Below, piece by piece: positions 36,110-64,000 of a stretch of DNA of 64,000 nt. The stretch comes from the human T2T-CHM13v2.0 reference genome, Homo sapiens. The DNA is taken from NCBI RefSeq assembly GCF_009914755.1, contig NC_060938.1. One strand, given 5' to 3'. How positions within the stretch are numbered: the stretch's first letter is position 1; every line of letters starts with the position of its first letter. The translations under genes and the position numbers were made by a program. The notes under the pieces were generated by a model. The model worked only from the letters and a program-made list of their open reading frames with translations, made no database searches and was not told the DNA's origin.

Positions 36110-36977
36110 ATTTTCTGTTTTCTTAACCCAGAAGTTTTCTCTGGCTAGAGATGTTTTCATTAAGAAACATTATACACTATTACAACATTTATATAATTAT
36201 ATATTAGGGTCTGGAAACAACTATTTTTCAACAAAAGTTTATTGAGCATCAGCTGTGTGTCTGGCAGTCAGACAAATTCCAGAGGTTAGTTGGAGAAACA
36301 ACAGTTCCTAGTAGGAGATGTTAGTTATTCTTGCACATTATTATACTTCTCCAATTTGTGAGATTTTTATTTAAAAGAGATTTGGAATCTAACCAAAAAC
36401 TAACATCTGTACATTTCACTAGGGGCTGTTTAATATCATATCTTCATGATCTCTAGTGTTTTTAGTTCCTGTTTTCTGTTTTTGGTCATTGACCTATGGG
36501 AAATTAAATGTCCTAACTCATAAGCTAGTCAATTTCCTCCCTTAAAGATTCTGTTTCAGTCTAAGATTTGGTCATATGGATATTAGATGATCCCAAGACT
36601 TTTTTTTTAGTTTGGTTGACTGTGATAATGGCATTGTGGTTATGTAAAAAATGTCCTTTTATTTTCAGTAATGCATACTGAAGTATGTATGGAGAAAATG
36701 ATGTGAGATCTAGGATTTCATTTAGAAAAATTAAGCAATAATAACAAAAAGATAAGTGGAGCACATGTAGCAAAGTCTTGATAGTTGTTGAATCTGCGAT
36801 ATATGGAAGTTCATTGTCATGGTCACTCTATTTTTGTAAATGTTTGAAAATTTGTATGATAAAATAGGTGCACTCAGAAAAGATAGTCATTTAAATGTAG
36901 CATGATAAATTGGGGGGAAAATTAAAATTGTATCCCAGAGACCTAATCTTAATTTCTGAACTGTCATGATATTGCAG

Positions 36978-37050
36978 GTGATGGTTGGATTCATAATGTC
37001 ACAACAAATTGTTGGAAACAACTTACACATTTACCTAAAACAAGACCTAG
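36978..37050 (+). CDS. KLHDC1: KLHDC1 exon 10 (SDGWIHNVTTNCWKQLTHLPKTRPR)
   Basis: ttgcag|GT...AG|gtaagt; 73 bp. Confidence 0.95.
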
Positions 37051-38116
37051 GTAAGTCAAGAAATTGACAAATAGTAAAATAGTTAAGAATTTTTAAAGTA
37101 TTAAAATATAGTACTGAATTTATAGTGTTTGCCATTGAAACCATAAGCCATTGAGAAGGATATCTTTCAAATGAGCTTGATGTTACCTAAATAATTTAAT
37201 TATTATTTTAATTATATCTGATTGTTAGAAATGATCTATCCAGTTTTCACCCATACTTGCATATTTGAAAATGTTATTCTTTTAGGTAAATGCATAATCT
37301 TGCCTGATAACTGTGAAGATTAAGATAATTAAAAGCATCATATGAGATTAATGTTTTTAATGTTAATATTTTTAATAAGCAGACAAAAATGGGGTTGGCT
37401 TTAATAGTAGTTATTTGTTTTTGGAAGAGGTTTAAAGCAAGTTAATCAGGAAATTTGCTTCCATGTTGATCCAATGGATGGCAGGTTATTATTAATCTCT
37501 GTTAACTGCATGATGTATTCATTGATGGGAATTTTTTGAAAAAGAAAATACGTTATTTATGGTATATTATAGAATTAAAAATTTTAGAAATTATATACTA
37601 TTATTAAACTACAAAGAAAACCACATTTGTACTATAATTCTTGTTTTTTTCTAATTTTATTGAATAGTATAATAATATCTTCATAGGAAATTCAGATTCA
37701 GCACATTATGATCATTATAATTGGTAATTCTTTTTTACGCTATGTATTTTAGAATTTTAAAAATACAGATTATTTATGCTAGTGTGTAATCAATTTAGTG
37801 ATATATATTTTGTTATTTAATAAATGACAGCTTACTTGAGAAAAAGGCCTGAAAATATTTATATTTATTTTGGTATATGTATCTATATTAATATTCACAG
37901 TACATTTAGAATTCATAATTGCATTTGTGATTCTTTTGTCTTCATGTATAAAAATTCATTGGAATGTATTACTTTAACAATTCTGGCTCTTTTGAAATTT
38001 TTTTTTTTTAATGTAAAGAGTTTTGTACTGAGACATGGGAGCCAAGAGTTCTAGTCCTTGCTCAGCTACTACCTACTTTTTTGGCTTTGAAAAGTCACTT
38101 AAGGAAACTGAGCATT

Positions 38117-38463
<347 letters not shown>

Positions 38464-39060
38464 CTAGATAATCTCTTAGTTTATTCCAGTTGTTTGATTG
38501 TATGAATGCATTATAGACCAAAGTATTAGTAAAAATGTTTAATTTTAAAATTGCTCCTATTTTATATTTCAACCCTTAATGAGTAGAGCAACACAACTAT
38601 TATCTATAATATACTGTTAGTTAGAACTAGAGCTATGTAAAGAGATTTCTTTTAATTCAGCTGATGTGTCATGTAAATAATATGCTTTATTAGAATGTTT
38701 AGGTGATAAGTTTAGAGCAGCTGTGAAAGGACATAAACTATCAGTCTGTAGAAAAAACATCAGGTTGCAAGCTAGATGTCACCAAAATCAAGGCAGGAAA
38801 GGCTTTCCAGTGTTCTTCGATGATGAAATGGCCAGAGTTTCCCTAAGGCAGATAAGACAGAGGCAGATCTACAGGTATGAGGTGAGGAGAAGAACAGGTG
38901 GGATACAGTTGAGTGTAAGGAGAACATATATATGTGTCTATATATATACTAATTTTTATAAAAGTGACAATTTAGCTAAGATCTATAAGCATTTTGTACA
39001 AATTTTTCAAGTTGTAATTTGAAATGTAAGCTGCCCAATTCTCCTCTTAGAACTCTACAG

Positions 39061-39283
39061 CTAGGTTTCTCAACCTTGGCATTACTGACATTTTGGACCA
39101 CATAATTCTTTGTCATGAGGGTGTCCTGTGCATTGTAGTATGTTTAGCAGCATCCCTGTCCTTTACCCAGTAGATGCCAGTTGTACTACCTTTTCTCTCC
39201 CCAACTTATGACAACTAAAAATATCTCCATATACTGTGAAATGCCTCTTTAGGGGACAAATTGCCCCTGGTTGAGAACGACTG
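39061..39283. mobile_element. MER20 (hAT-Charlie) DNA transposon
   Basis: gtttctcaaccttggc...ccctggttgagaacgactg TIRs; 8-bp TSD ctctacag/ttctacag. Confidence 0.9.
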
Positions 39284-39971
39284 TTCTACAGTGTAGCACT
39301 CCTATTCTCTGAGTCTCACCTTAGATAAACCTATGGCTGAAAAGCCATATATGTAGCCAGATCTGATAGCCTATATAGTTGGCTATCAGCAAGGACCCTT
39401 TTTTATGTGTCTGAAAAAGATGTTAGAGAAAATATTAGTGTATAGAGCCCCAAGTACTGTTGGATCTCGTGAGTATCGCCAAGGTTACACATAGCCTTCT
39501 CTCCAGGAAATTAATCTGTTCCTTCCCATGTATGAGGGCATTTTTTGTATTCTCTCTCCTTTACCTAACCCTCTTCCAGTTCCCATCCTTGACCCCACCA
39601 CGTAATCTGGGTTCTTGTTGAAGATTTATATCAATGTATCTTCTATAAGAGTTGGAGAACTGGGCAGAGTATTTCCCAAACAACATCTCTAATGACTTAG
39701 TTCCATTTTGGGCCACAAGTGCATTTGTCATTGAATGTGTACATGATTGTTTGAGGAAAGTATTTGGTTTAACGAATTGTGCATAATTCCACTGTTTGCA
39801 CTTGTGAAATTTAAGTAAAAGGGATTAATGTACTAAAAATTAGTTATGTGTCCCAGTTCCTGGGAAGTAGAAAAAATAAAATAAGTTGTGTGGTAATAAA
39901 ATAAGTTATGATTTATAATTGTTTTAGGTATCTGTTGCTTCAACAGTTGGTATATTAAGAAAAGTAATCAA

Positions 39972-41036
<1,065 letters not shown>

Positions 41037-41139
41037 TCATGTTTGCTTTTGTTAATCACAAGTTTTTGAGCAGCTACTGGGTACAGAACACCACATGAGG
41101 CATTTTTAAGAAGCCATAAAATTAGATTCCCCAGGTTCC

Positions 41140-41342
41140 CATGGTGTGCTGTTAATGGCCAACAAGCACTCTCCAGAGTGGGAGGATGCCCTAATTTGTA
41201 GCATTTGCCGATTTCCAAGGTGTAAATACTCCTACCATGGCCAATTTCAAGCTTCCAACGTGATGTCACTGCACGTGGAGTTGGATGCAGATATGTACAA
41301 TCAGCTTCTGCTAGCCAGTAAGCCAGTTTGAGCACACCACTG
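41140..41342. mobile_element. MER63-like hAT-Blackjack MITE
   Basis: tggtgtgct...agcacacca TIRs; tttgtagcatttgccgatttcc..gtaaatactcc core. Confidence 0.75.
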
Positions 41343-42486
41343 TGACAATTTCTTAACTTAAGGACCTCATAATCTTAGTTAGCTAGTCAAACAGCTAAAG
41401 TAGCATGCAGAGCAGTTCTTCTTCAAATGTAAGTGAGGCAAGTGTAAAATGAGCACATAAACATTAAAGGGTGCTGAATAGAGATGGTAACAGAACCAGT
41501 TTTGGGTGGGTATTTGGAATACTTCCTGGGTGTTTGGAGCCTGTTTTTAAGGCCCAGTAAGAATGGCTTATTACTCTAAGCATAAGAAACAGAGTGAACA
41601 AAAGCCTAGAGATAGATGATAAGCTTTTCTCATAGGGGAAGCAAGGGAATGAATTTAGCTAAGTAGAGGGCTCATTTGGGAAAAGCCAAGAATTAAGATT
41701 TGTGGGAAAAAGAAACTGGTTGATCACAAATATTAGGCTAGGAAAACAGCCATTGGTAGTGCAGATGCTTCATCATCAGGAAATTTCCATGGTTAGAGGC
41801 AATATTTGAAAAATATTTGTTATTAGCCATATGTAGCTGAGGGAGATGAGAGACTGAAAAACTAGGAACATATTATGGTGTTCTGTACTCAGAGTGATGA
41901 GTAGTGTGACAATGGAAATGTGAAGGAGTGCCAAATTGGATTTGTTGGGTGATGGGGAACATAGAGTAGGAAAAAAGGCAAAAATTATAAGAACAGTAAC
42001 ATCGCAGATAGTAATAAGAAAACTGGGGAAAGTGCTTGTTTCAGCAATAAGGTGATCAGTTCCTTTTTAATTTATTTCACTGCAGGGATAATATGTATGA
42101 GAGAAAAAGGTTATAAAAATATTGAAGGATATAGTAGAGTTATTAAGAGTCGTCTCTGGCTGCGTGTGGTGGCTCATGCCTATAATCCCAGCACTTTAGG
42201 AGACCGAGGCAGGAGGATTATCTGATCCCAGGAGTTCAAAACTAGCCTCATCTCTTTAAAAAACAAAAACAAAAAACAGAGAGAGAGTCATCTCTTTAAT
42301 GGTGTGATTTAATGAACTCTAGAGGAATCTTTATAACCCTTTTTAGGATATTCCAAAGGTTCAAGTTCAATCATGTCTCTTTTAAATAGATTACATTTTA
42401 GAGTATGAAATTTAGAATTGATTTATATATAATGTACAGTTTCTCCCATGACAGTGTTTCACTCTGTTTATAATTTTCAATCATAG

Positions 42487-42571
42487 GTTATGGCACACAG
42501 CCTGTTTGGGAAAAGAAAATGAAATAATGGTATTTGGTGGGAGCAAAGATGACTTACTTGCCTTGGATACA
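42487..42571 (+). CDS. KLHDC1: KLHDC1 exon 11 (LWHTACLGKENEIMVFGGSKDDLLALDT)
   Basis: tcatag|G...ACA|gtaaga; 85 bp. Confidence 0.95.
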
Positions 42572-42703
42572 GTAAGAAAATCTTATATCTAAATATTTCC
42601 TCTGAGTAGTTGTGTTATTCACACTAAATGGCTATTCAGCAAGAATGTTGATATTCTAACATTGCAAAATATGAAGGGCCTGAAATGTTACTCTGTGGTT
42701 TAA

Positions 42704-43026
<323 letters not shown>

Positions 43027-43200
43027 AAGGATGACTGGCTTTTATGAAGCCTTTCTGGATATTTTGGATTTACAAATCAAAATAGGTCTATTAGTTTGAT
43101 TAGCAAAATTATTAAGAAGACCTTTTAAAGGATGACTCCTCTTTCTCTTTTCTCTTACATGGGTTTCTCTAATATTATTGAATTAAAATATTTGTATGTA

Positions 43201-46670
<3,470 letters not shown>

Positions 46671-46866
46671 CTGTATATATGTGTGTGTGTGTGTGTGTGT
46701 ATGTACACATACAATACAGTCACTGTTTTGTTTGTAAAATTGCCTTTAGTTTATATGGTAATATTAAACATACTATATTTCCTTAATTCTAAGCCTGACA
46801 TTTTTCACATTTTAACTTTTTGGAAATTAGAGTGTGCCTAATAATATATATCATATATATGTTATA

Positions 46867-47214
46867 TAGTCATTCCTTGGTATTTGTGGGGATCGGTTCC
46901 AGGAAAACCCCCACTTGGATACCAAAATTCATGGATGCTCAAGTCTCTTATATAGGGTGATGTAGTATTTGCATATAAACCTATGCCTATCCTACTATAT
47001 ACTTTAAATAATCTCTATATTACTCATAATTCCTAATACAATTTAAATACTATGAAAATAATTGTTACACTGTATTGTTTAGGGAATAATTACAAGAAAA
47101 AAAAAGTCTGTACATGTTCAGTACAGATGCAACTGTCATAAGCCTAACTATATTTTCAATCTGCAGTTGATTGAATCCACAGAGGAGGAACTTACAGATA
47201 CAGGGGGCTGACTG
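46867..47214. mobile_element. MER2 (TcMar-Tigger) MITE
   Basis: agtcattccttggtatttgtgggga..ggatgctcaagtc..ggctgactg, TA flanks. Confidence 0.85.
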
Positions 47215-47643
47215 TATATACACACATACACAGACATTTAATATAGAAGAATTTCTTTTTTAACCCCAAAGCTAGTATTAAGTTGGTGTTATGACTTGTA
47301 GTGTCTTAGTTCATACATTCTTACTCTAAAAGGAGTCTGTACAAAGTTTAGTGGGAGGATTATGGAAGAAGCCCCTATTTCTACCTGTGAGAGTTGGGAG
47401 GAAGGAGGCAGGATTTGAGAGATGTAGAAGTTGCCCAGTGAACAAGTGTGGGAATTTTATGCAGAGGGAATAACATAAGTGAAGACATATGAGAAAGAGA
47501 GAGATAAAGAGAGGGGACAAGTTATATTTCAAGGAGTATACTGTGACATTTAGATGTTCTATAACATGAACCACCTGAAAACCATTAGACTAGCTCAAAC
47601 TGGACCTTTCTGACGTCTTTCTTAACTACCCCTTCTCTTAGCA

Positions 47644-47790
47644 CAGTAGTTCTCAAACTAAACTCTCATGAGGGGCTTCAAAAAAATTAATGCCTGTGTT
47701 CTGCCCCTACAGATGATGATTTAATTAGTCCAGGGTGTGGCCTGCACTTTGGATTGCAAGTTCCTCATATGCAGGGATCAAGAAACACTT
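47644..47790. mobile_element. MER5-like hAT MITE
   Basis: cagtagttctcaaact...agaaacact. Confidence 0.6.
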
Positions 47791-48933
47791 GAGTGCCTAC
47801 TTGGGAAGGCACTGTGCCATGAAATAAGAAGGCATGGCCTTTCCCTAACATTGCTAATAATATAGAAGGTAGACTTTCAAGCTTCCAGACTTTTTCTACA
47901 ATAGAAAAAGGAAATTGCCTTAAGAGAAACATATACAAAGTTTATGAGAATACTGGAGAAGAAGGCCTTTTGTCTGTCTATGATTAAGATGGCAAAGGTT
48001 AGGGAAGTCTTTGCAGAAGAAGGATTTGAGCTAAGAATTTGCCATGAACAAACAGTGCAAGGGTGTTAGTGTAAAGATATATACAAAAGCATAGTATGTT
48101 CTGGATACTGAATTCTTGAGCATTCCTGGAATGTAGTATGAGGCAGAGAGTTGCAAGAAATGATGTTGGACAAGAAATCAGAAATCATATGTCATCTAGA
48201 ACTTTATCTCTCTTTTACAGTATCTGGTGTAAAGAGATCAAGAGCCATTGAAAAATTTGGAGCAAGAGAATAAGATGATCATATTACAAGTTAGACAATT
48301 CCTCTGGCAACAGAGTGGACGAAAAATTGAAGGGATATGTGACTGGGTAAAGAAAATTGGTAAAGAGACTATTACAGTGGTCAGGTACAGAGTGAATGTC
48401 TGATCTGGAAAGTATCAATGGGGCTGGAGAAGGAAGGGAGATGGAGATATTTAGGAGGGAGAATGGACTTGGTAGTTAAATAGATGCCAAGGAAAAGGAG
48501 TGGGGAGAATTAATGATAGGAGGAATATGGAGAAAGGCAGCAGTCTGAAGATGGCATAAGGGTAGAAATGATGAGTTTGGTTTTGGACGTGCTAAGTGTT
48601 TATGGGAACTGTAGTGGAGCTATCCATTAAATGCTTAAATATATGGAAAGAGGTCTGGGCCAGACATAAAATTTCATAATCATTGGAGAATTAGTAAGTG
48701 TGGATTAGCTCTGGCCAGGAGGAGTTTTAGAAGTAAGGAGAAAGCCAGCAACTCAGCATTAGGACCTTACTACATTTGAGGGGGAGGGAGAAGAAAAGGA
48801 GGCAGCAAGAGAGTGACCAGAGAAGTTGAAGGCTAGCCAGGAGATAATGGTAGCACAAAAACCAAGAGAAGGGAGATCTGAACAAGGAAAGACTAAAGAG
48901 ATCCTAGAACATTTGGATTGAAAAGCACTGTGG

Positions 48934-50740
<1,807 letters not shown>

Positions 50741-51163
50741 TTTCTCAAGAAAGCTGCACACACAACAATTTTCTTAGATTTCAGAAAGTCAGAGGAAGCA
50801 GGGGTGTTTATAGAACATACAGCTGGTGTTCCAAAAAGCAAAAAACCCAGGTTTGGGAGGGGAGATAAGCAATGATGCAGAAGATGAAAAAGTGTAGAAA
50901 TGATAGGAAGTGGCTTATATCGTCTAGTAGATTTGTGGGATCATGTTCATCTTACCTTTGGATATAAAAGAATATTATAAGAAATTAAAAGAAATAGCTA
51001 TATTGTTCTGATTGTAAAAAGATGTATTTACCAAGAAAATTCATACGATATGAAAAGTATATAGTAAAAAAATCACCTATGAGCCATCGTAGGGGGTATA
51101 TATATACATGTATTAGTAAAATTATAAAAATTGTACATGTATATATATGTATATATATACTGA

Positions 51164-52446
<1,283 letters not shown>

Positions 52447-53703
52447 TTAGTCATGAAATATTCTTATATATTACTATGGAAAACTGATGTATCACATGTT
52501 GTATTGTGATGATTCCTGCTTGGCTCGCACTGCCAGAGACAAACAGCAGATTCCTTCGCATGGTCCTCAGGGCCTCCATTTATCTGTCTCACCTCTGGCC
52601 ATGCCCCACTCGCGCTCTGCCCTCCAGCTGTATTTAGACAATAGAAGTGCAGTTTCTGTAATCTTATTTCTCGTCTCTAGGGCTTTGCAAATGTGGTTCT
52701 TCTAGCTGGAATACCTTTGTTTCTTTAATTTGTTGAGGACCTCAAGGTCTCAGCTTGGACCTCCATCTGGAGAGTTTCCCCTGGCTTGCTAAGGTTGTCT
52801 TAGTTATTCTTCTCCTCTGATTCCCACAGAACCCTGTACCTCTACTTCAACCTCTCAGGACATTTTAACTCACTTCTTGTTTAGAGTTGTTCCAGAGTGG
52901 AGGGAAAAAGCTTCAAAGAGTAGAGAAGAACATCTAAATCTCTAGAGTATAAGTGCTTGTAAAAATGACAGCTAAAGTTACCCACAGCAGAATCAAATGA
53001 GTCTGTTAAAAAAATTTTTAACACTTATTTTTTTGAATTAAAGTTTATTAATTGAAACAGATGCTTTTTTGATAGTTCTTAAGTTTCTTGTGGTTTTAAA
53101 GTACAAAATGCTCTTCAAAATAGCATAAGATTAAAAAGGGCATTGTACTTGGAAGGATACTGCCCTCTAGTCTAATGGAATCAAAGGGGAAAAGAAATGA
53201 ACACCCACGCCCCCAGAAGAGTAGAAACCCAAGTGGTCTCTTGGCACTTCCTGTATCGCTCCATTCCTGTCTTTCACCCTGCTCTCTCTGGGTCAAATAA
53301 GTCAAGTGTGTAACCCCCGTGCAGTTGTTTATGGAAGAAACATGGAGCAGATATAAAAATAGATGTTTCATCTTGAGGTGACAGAAGCAAAGGACAGTTC
53401 TGCGAGAAGGGTATATGGTTATTGGGCTGACTGAAAGGATGACATAAACAGGAGCTGCCATAGACTCATCTGGTTTGAAATTAAGTCTGAATCATTTTTA
53501 CTTAAAGAACATTATGCATGGTAAGCCATATATTCTGTTTCCATTGGATTTTGGTCAGATTTAGTCTCTATGCTATAAAAATATATGATTATTATGGTGC
53601 TCTGGGAAAAAAAAATCCTATCATGTTCCAAACAAAACAAATGAATGCATTGCCATGTAAAATTTTTATGATGATTTTAAATTTTAGGAATACTTAACTA
53701 TAA

Positions 53704-53885
53704 CAAAGGATAAATGTTTGAGGGGATGGATACCCCATTTTCTATGACATGATTATTATGCATTGCATGTCTGTATCAAAACATCTCATGTACCACATAA
53801 ATATATGTACCTACTATGTACTGACAAAAATTAAAAATTAAAAAAAGATCTGTGAAAGTCCAATACTACAATGTTAAAAAAGAAA
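53704..53885 (+). mobile_element. short L1MA 3' end insertion
   Basis: caaaggataaatgtttgagg..catctcatgtacc..aaaaattaaaaatt; 16-bp TSD. Confidence 0.85.
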
Positions 53886-53960
53886 GAATTCTTAACTATA
53901 AATATTTTATATTATAACCTCAGGTTCAAGACTAATAATTCTGTTATGTTTTATTTACAG

Positions 53961-54147
53961 GTCATGCCTTGACTGCATTGGTAAAAATTCTATCATGTTA
54001 GAAAGTCAGATATCTTTATTACCTCCTAAACTTCTGCAACAAGTACTCAAAAAAATAACATTTTGGGCTGCAGCTAATCACCGAGAAGAACAAAGAGTCC
54101 AAAAAGAAGAAACAGAAAATAAATATCAGTGGATCAGTAGCAATTAA
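53961..54147 (+). CDS. KLHDC1: KLHDC1 exon 13 coding part (SCLDCIGKNSIMLESQISLLPPKLLQQVLKK...QWISSN*)
   Basis: tttacag|G...AAT TAA; stop 54145-54147; rest of BC-box and cullin-box-like LLPPKLL. Confidence 0.95.
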
Positions 54148-54552
54148 ATTGTTATATACTTTACATATTTAGTATGTTTTAACTTTTTAATCAGACTATA
54201 CATTTACACTCCCAAATTGCAGGCTTTATTTAAAGGATAAAATTTAAAGGATAAAAAAACAGTCACTCTGTTAAGTGACTATATGCCATGGGATATATGG
54301 AAAAAAGATATTAATGCAGATTAATTTATATTTGTAAACAAATTTCCTTACAAACTGCAGAACAAATATTCTTTCTGAAAGTAAGTACAGTTATAACAGA
54401 TTTTAAATCAATGTGTATTCTTTACTGGAAAGATTACATACATTTGAGAATAAGAAATTACTCTCAAGAACTTCAGAAATCTGCAACATAATTTTATAAA
54501 TATATAAATACATGTATGTATGTCAAAACACTACATATACACTTTCAGAAAG

Positions 54553-54558
54553 AATAAA
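54553..54558 (+). terminator. candidate poly(A) signal AATAAA
   Basis: Canonical hexamer ~400 nt after the stop. Confidence 0.4.
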
Positions 54559-54745
54559 CTTTCTCAAGTCATTTTAAAGTTACCTAACGTTCTTCTTGAA
54601 TAACTAATACAGTGGGTCAAATATTATAAAATAGGCAAACACCAAAATGGTATTAAATATTGAACTCCTGACCTTTTCGACACTTACCTAGTAAAGTATT
54701 CTTAGGCATCATCATAACTTTTCCTCACCTTTATTCGAATAGAGG

Positions 54746-54751
54746 AATAAA
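54746..54751 (+). terminator. candidate poly(A) signal AATAAA
   Basis: Canonical hexamer with GT/T-rich sequence downstream. Confidence 0.4.
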
Positions 54752-55881
54752 TGTCTTCAGTTGTCTCTCCATTACCCCTAAGTTATTAGTTTGTCTAGTT
54801 TATATATAAAGACCATGTTTTAAAGTACATAAAGTGGAGGTTTATTTATCATACAGGCTTTGAAACATTAAGAAGCAGTATTTTTATTAACTTTTTGAGA
54901 CATATTAAAATACATTTTGCCTTAGAAGACTGCTTCTAAAGTAATTTTTGTAAGTAATGAGATGGGATGGTAATCTAGTAATTTGACTTTATAGAAATCC
55001 CTCAGTTTGGCCCCCACCATTCTACAGAGTTGTACTCAAGACAGATACTGAAAAAATCTAATACCTTCCCTTGTATTTTCAGCATTACCATATATACAGA
55101 AATGGAACACTGTATCTTTATATTCCTAAAAATGGTACTTTTGGCATAATTAAGAAATTTTTCTTCATATTATCACAATCATGCCCTTCCATTGAATTAT
55201 TAATTACAATTAATTACTAAAAAGCTTGGTATGTAAAATTATTCTCCACAATATTACCATGCAAGTTATCTCTGAAATTTAAAATGTTAAAGAAAAACAT
55301 TTCTATATTGAAATATATATAATTTATAATGAAAATTATAGTAGTTTGTAGTATTTCATTGAATTTTAGAGAGATATTTCATATATATGTACTGTATTTT
55401 GGATGTGTAAAGCTTCTATGTATTGAAATATTTTTTTACGTTTTATTTATTGTACAAAGTGTATATAATTACTGTTTTCTTTTTTGTCAGTGTAAAGCAG
55501 TCATTAGAATTGATTATACAAAAAATATTTCATTGTCAGTTTTCATTTTTCTATTTTTAGGCTGAATAACAGATTTAGAAAATGAATCTCACAAATAATT
55601 CACATCTTGGAAATAATTACCTTATTATGCTGTGGTGCTGATGAACTTTAGCATCAGCCTTTTATATTTAAGGCAAAAATATATCAAAACCTAATTAGAC
55701 ACTGATAGATGACATTGAGCAGAAGGAACACCGTTTTAAAATGGCTTCTGGATTATGTGAATGCCTTGTCCCGCCTCTTAGAAGAGCACCTCTATTTTTA
55801 AATGATGTATTTGGAACATTAAAAGTTGGATTAGCCCCCTTAAAATACACACTCTCATGGGCTTTAAGAGAATGAAAATCT

Positions 55882-56865
<984 letters not shown>

Positions 56866-57139
56866 CACCAGTGTGTTATTTGTACATGTATTTGAGAGAA
56901 ATAAAGTCACCATGATAGAATAATTGTCAGGGTAGTGCATACTATTGATGAATTAAAATTTAGATTTCAGAATTTCTGGGAGGAAAAGAAGCAATTTTAA
57001 GGAGCAGATGATCCCCCTACTCACGTTTTTTTGCCTCTCTTTCCATTGTATTAATTTAATTCTTTTGGAATTTCCAGTTTGATGAAGTTGCCATACAGTC
57101 CAGCATGTGGGCACAGCATGATTTTTTCAAATGATTCAA

Positions 57140-62940
<5,801 letters not shown>

Positions 62941-62944
62941 AATT

Positions 62945-64000
62945 TAATTTTTTTTTATTATACTTTAAGTTCTGGGGTACATGTGCAGAACGTGCAGGTT
63001 TGTTACATAGGTATACACGTGCCATGGTGGTTTGCTGCACCCATCAACCCGTCATCTACATTAGGTATTTCTCCTAATGCTATCCCTCCCCTAGCCCCCC
63101 ACCCCCCAACAGGCCCTGGTGTGTGATTCCCTGTGTCCATGTGTTCTCACTGTTGAACTACCACTTATGAGTGAGAACATGATGGTGTTTGGTTTTCTGT
63201 TCTTGTGTTAGTTTGCTGAGAATGATGGTTTCCAGTTTCATCCATGTCCCTGCAAAGGACGTGAACTCATCCTTTTTTATGGCTGCATAGTATTCCATGG
63301 TGTATATGTGCCACATTTTCTTTATCCAGTCTATCATTGATGGGCATTTGGGTTGGTTCCAAGTCTTTGCTATTGTGAATAGTGCCGCAATAAATGTGTG
63401 CATGTGTCTTTATAGTAGAATGATTTATAATCCTTTGGGTAGATACCCAGTAATGGGATTGCTGGGTCAAATGGTATTTCTGGTTCTAGATCCTTGAGGA
63501 ATCACCATACTTGTCTTCCACAATGGTTGAACTAATTTACACTCCCACCAACAGTGTAAAAGTGTCTCTATTCCTCCACATCCTCTCCAGCATCTGTTGT
63601 TTCCTGACTTTTTAGTGATTGCCATTCTAACTGGTGTGAGATGGTATCTCATTGTGGTTTTGATTTGCATTTCTCTAATGACGAGTGATGATGAGCTTTT
63701 TTTCATATGTTTGTTGGCCGCATAAATGTCTTCTTTTGAGAAATGTCTGTTCATATTCTTCACCCACTTTTTGATGGAGTGGTTTGTTTTCTTCCTGTAA
63801 ATTTGTTTAAGTTCTTTGTAGATTCTGGATGTTAGCCCTTTGTCAGATGAGTAGATTGCAAAAATTTTCTCCCATTCTACAGGTTGCCTGTTCACTGTGA
63901 TGATAGTTTGCTTTGCTGTGCAGAAGCTCTTCAGTTTAATTAGATCCCATTTGTCAATTTTGGCTTTTGTTCCCTTTGCTTTTGGTGTTTTAGTCATGAA
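62945..64000 (-). mobile_element. L1PA (about PA7-like) 3' end with ORF2 C-terminal remnant, runs off window
   Basis: ORF 63467-63997 [17 protein letters not shown]...[14 protein letters not shown] = L1 ORF2p; frameshifted continuation. Confidence 0.93.

Larger units (their letters stand above)
54148..55550 (+). other. KLHDC1: KLHDC1 3' UTR (3' end uncertain)
   Basis: AT-rich stretch after the stop with no recognisable interspersed repeats; AATAAA at 54553 and 54746; ATTAAA at 54652 and 54904; Pumilio-type TGTATATA at 55460. Confidence 0.6.

Noticed and set aside
54118-54148. AATAAA inside the last codons and ATTAAA overlapping the stop
   Set aside because: Explained by codons (GAA AAT AAA; AAT TAA); no evidence of use as poly(A) signals.
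63467-63997. 176-aa ORF
   Set aside because: C-terminal fragment of L1 ORF2p, frameshifted; a retrotransposon remnant, not a host gene.

Overview
Human (primate) genomic DNA that is Alu-saturated and mostly intronic. The + strand carries coding exons 2-13 of KLHDC1 (kelch domain containing 1, a cullin-RING substrate receptor). I assembled 12 GT-AG exons by hand (11231..54147): 1125 nt, 374 codons plus TAA, in one open frame from SIEDNEVYLPNDEIW to QWISSN*. Exon 1 lies upstream of the window, and an AT-rich 3' UTR follows the stop. The rest is dozens of Alus, L1PA/L1MA/L1M fragments, L2, a THE1 solo LTR, DNA-transposon MITEs (MER2, MER20, MER47, MER63, MER5) and microsatellites. Most ORFs in the supplied track are Alu/L1 read-through; none corresponds to the real spliced CDS. 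The most unusual structure is a ~440-bp, ~96.5%-identical inverted duplication in the last intron. It places a perfect TACTAAC branch point, pyrimidine tract and CAG on the sense strand, inside a predicted long dsRNA stem. Also notable are a near-perfect 329-bp tandem duplication with a patchwork junction just upstream of exon 6, two L1MA insertions with candidate micro 3' transductions, and multi-level nested transposon stacks. No CRISPR, tRNA, rRNA or prokaryote-type system is present. Repeat subfamily calls come from recalled consensus similarity, and repeat coordinates are approximate.
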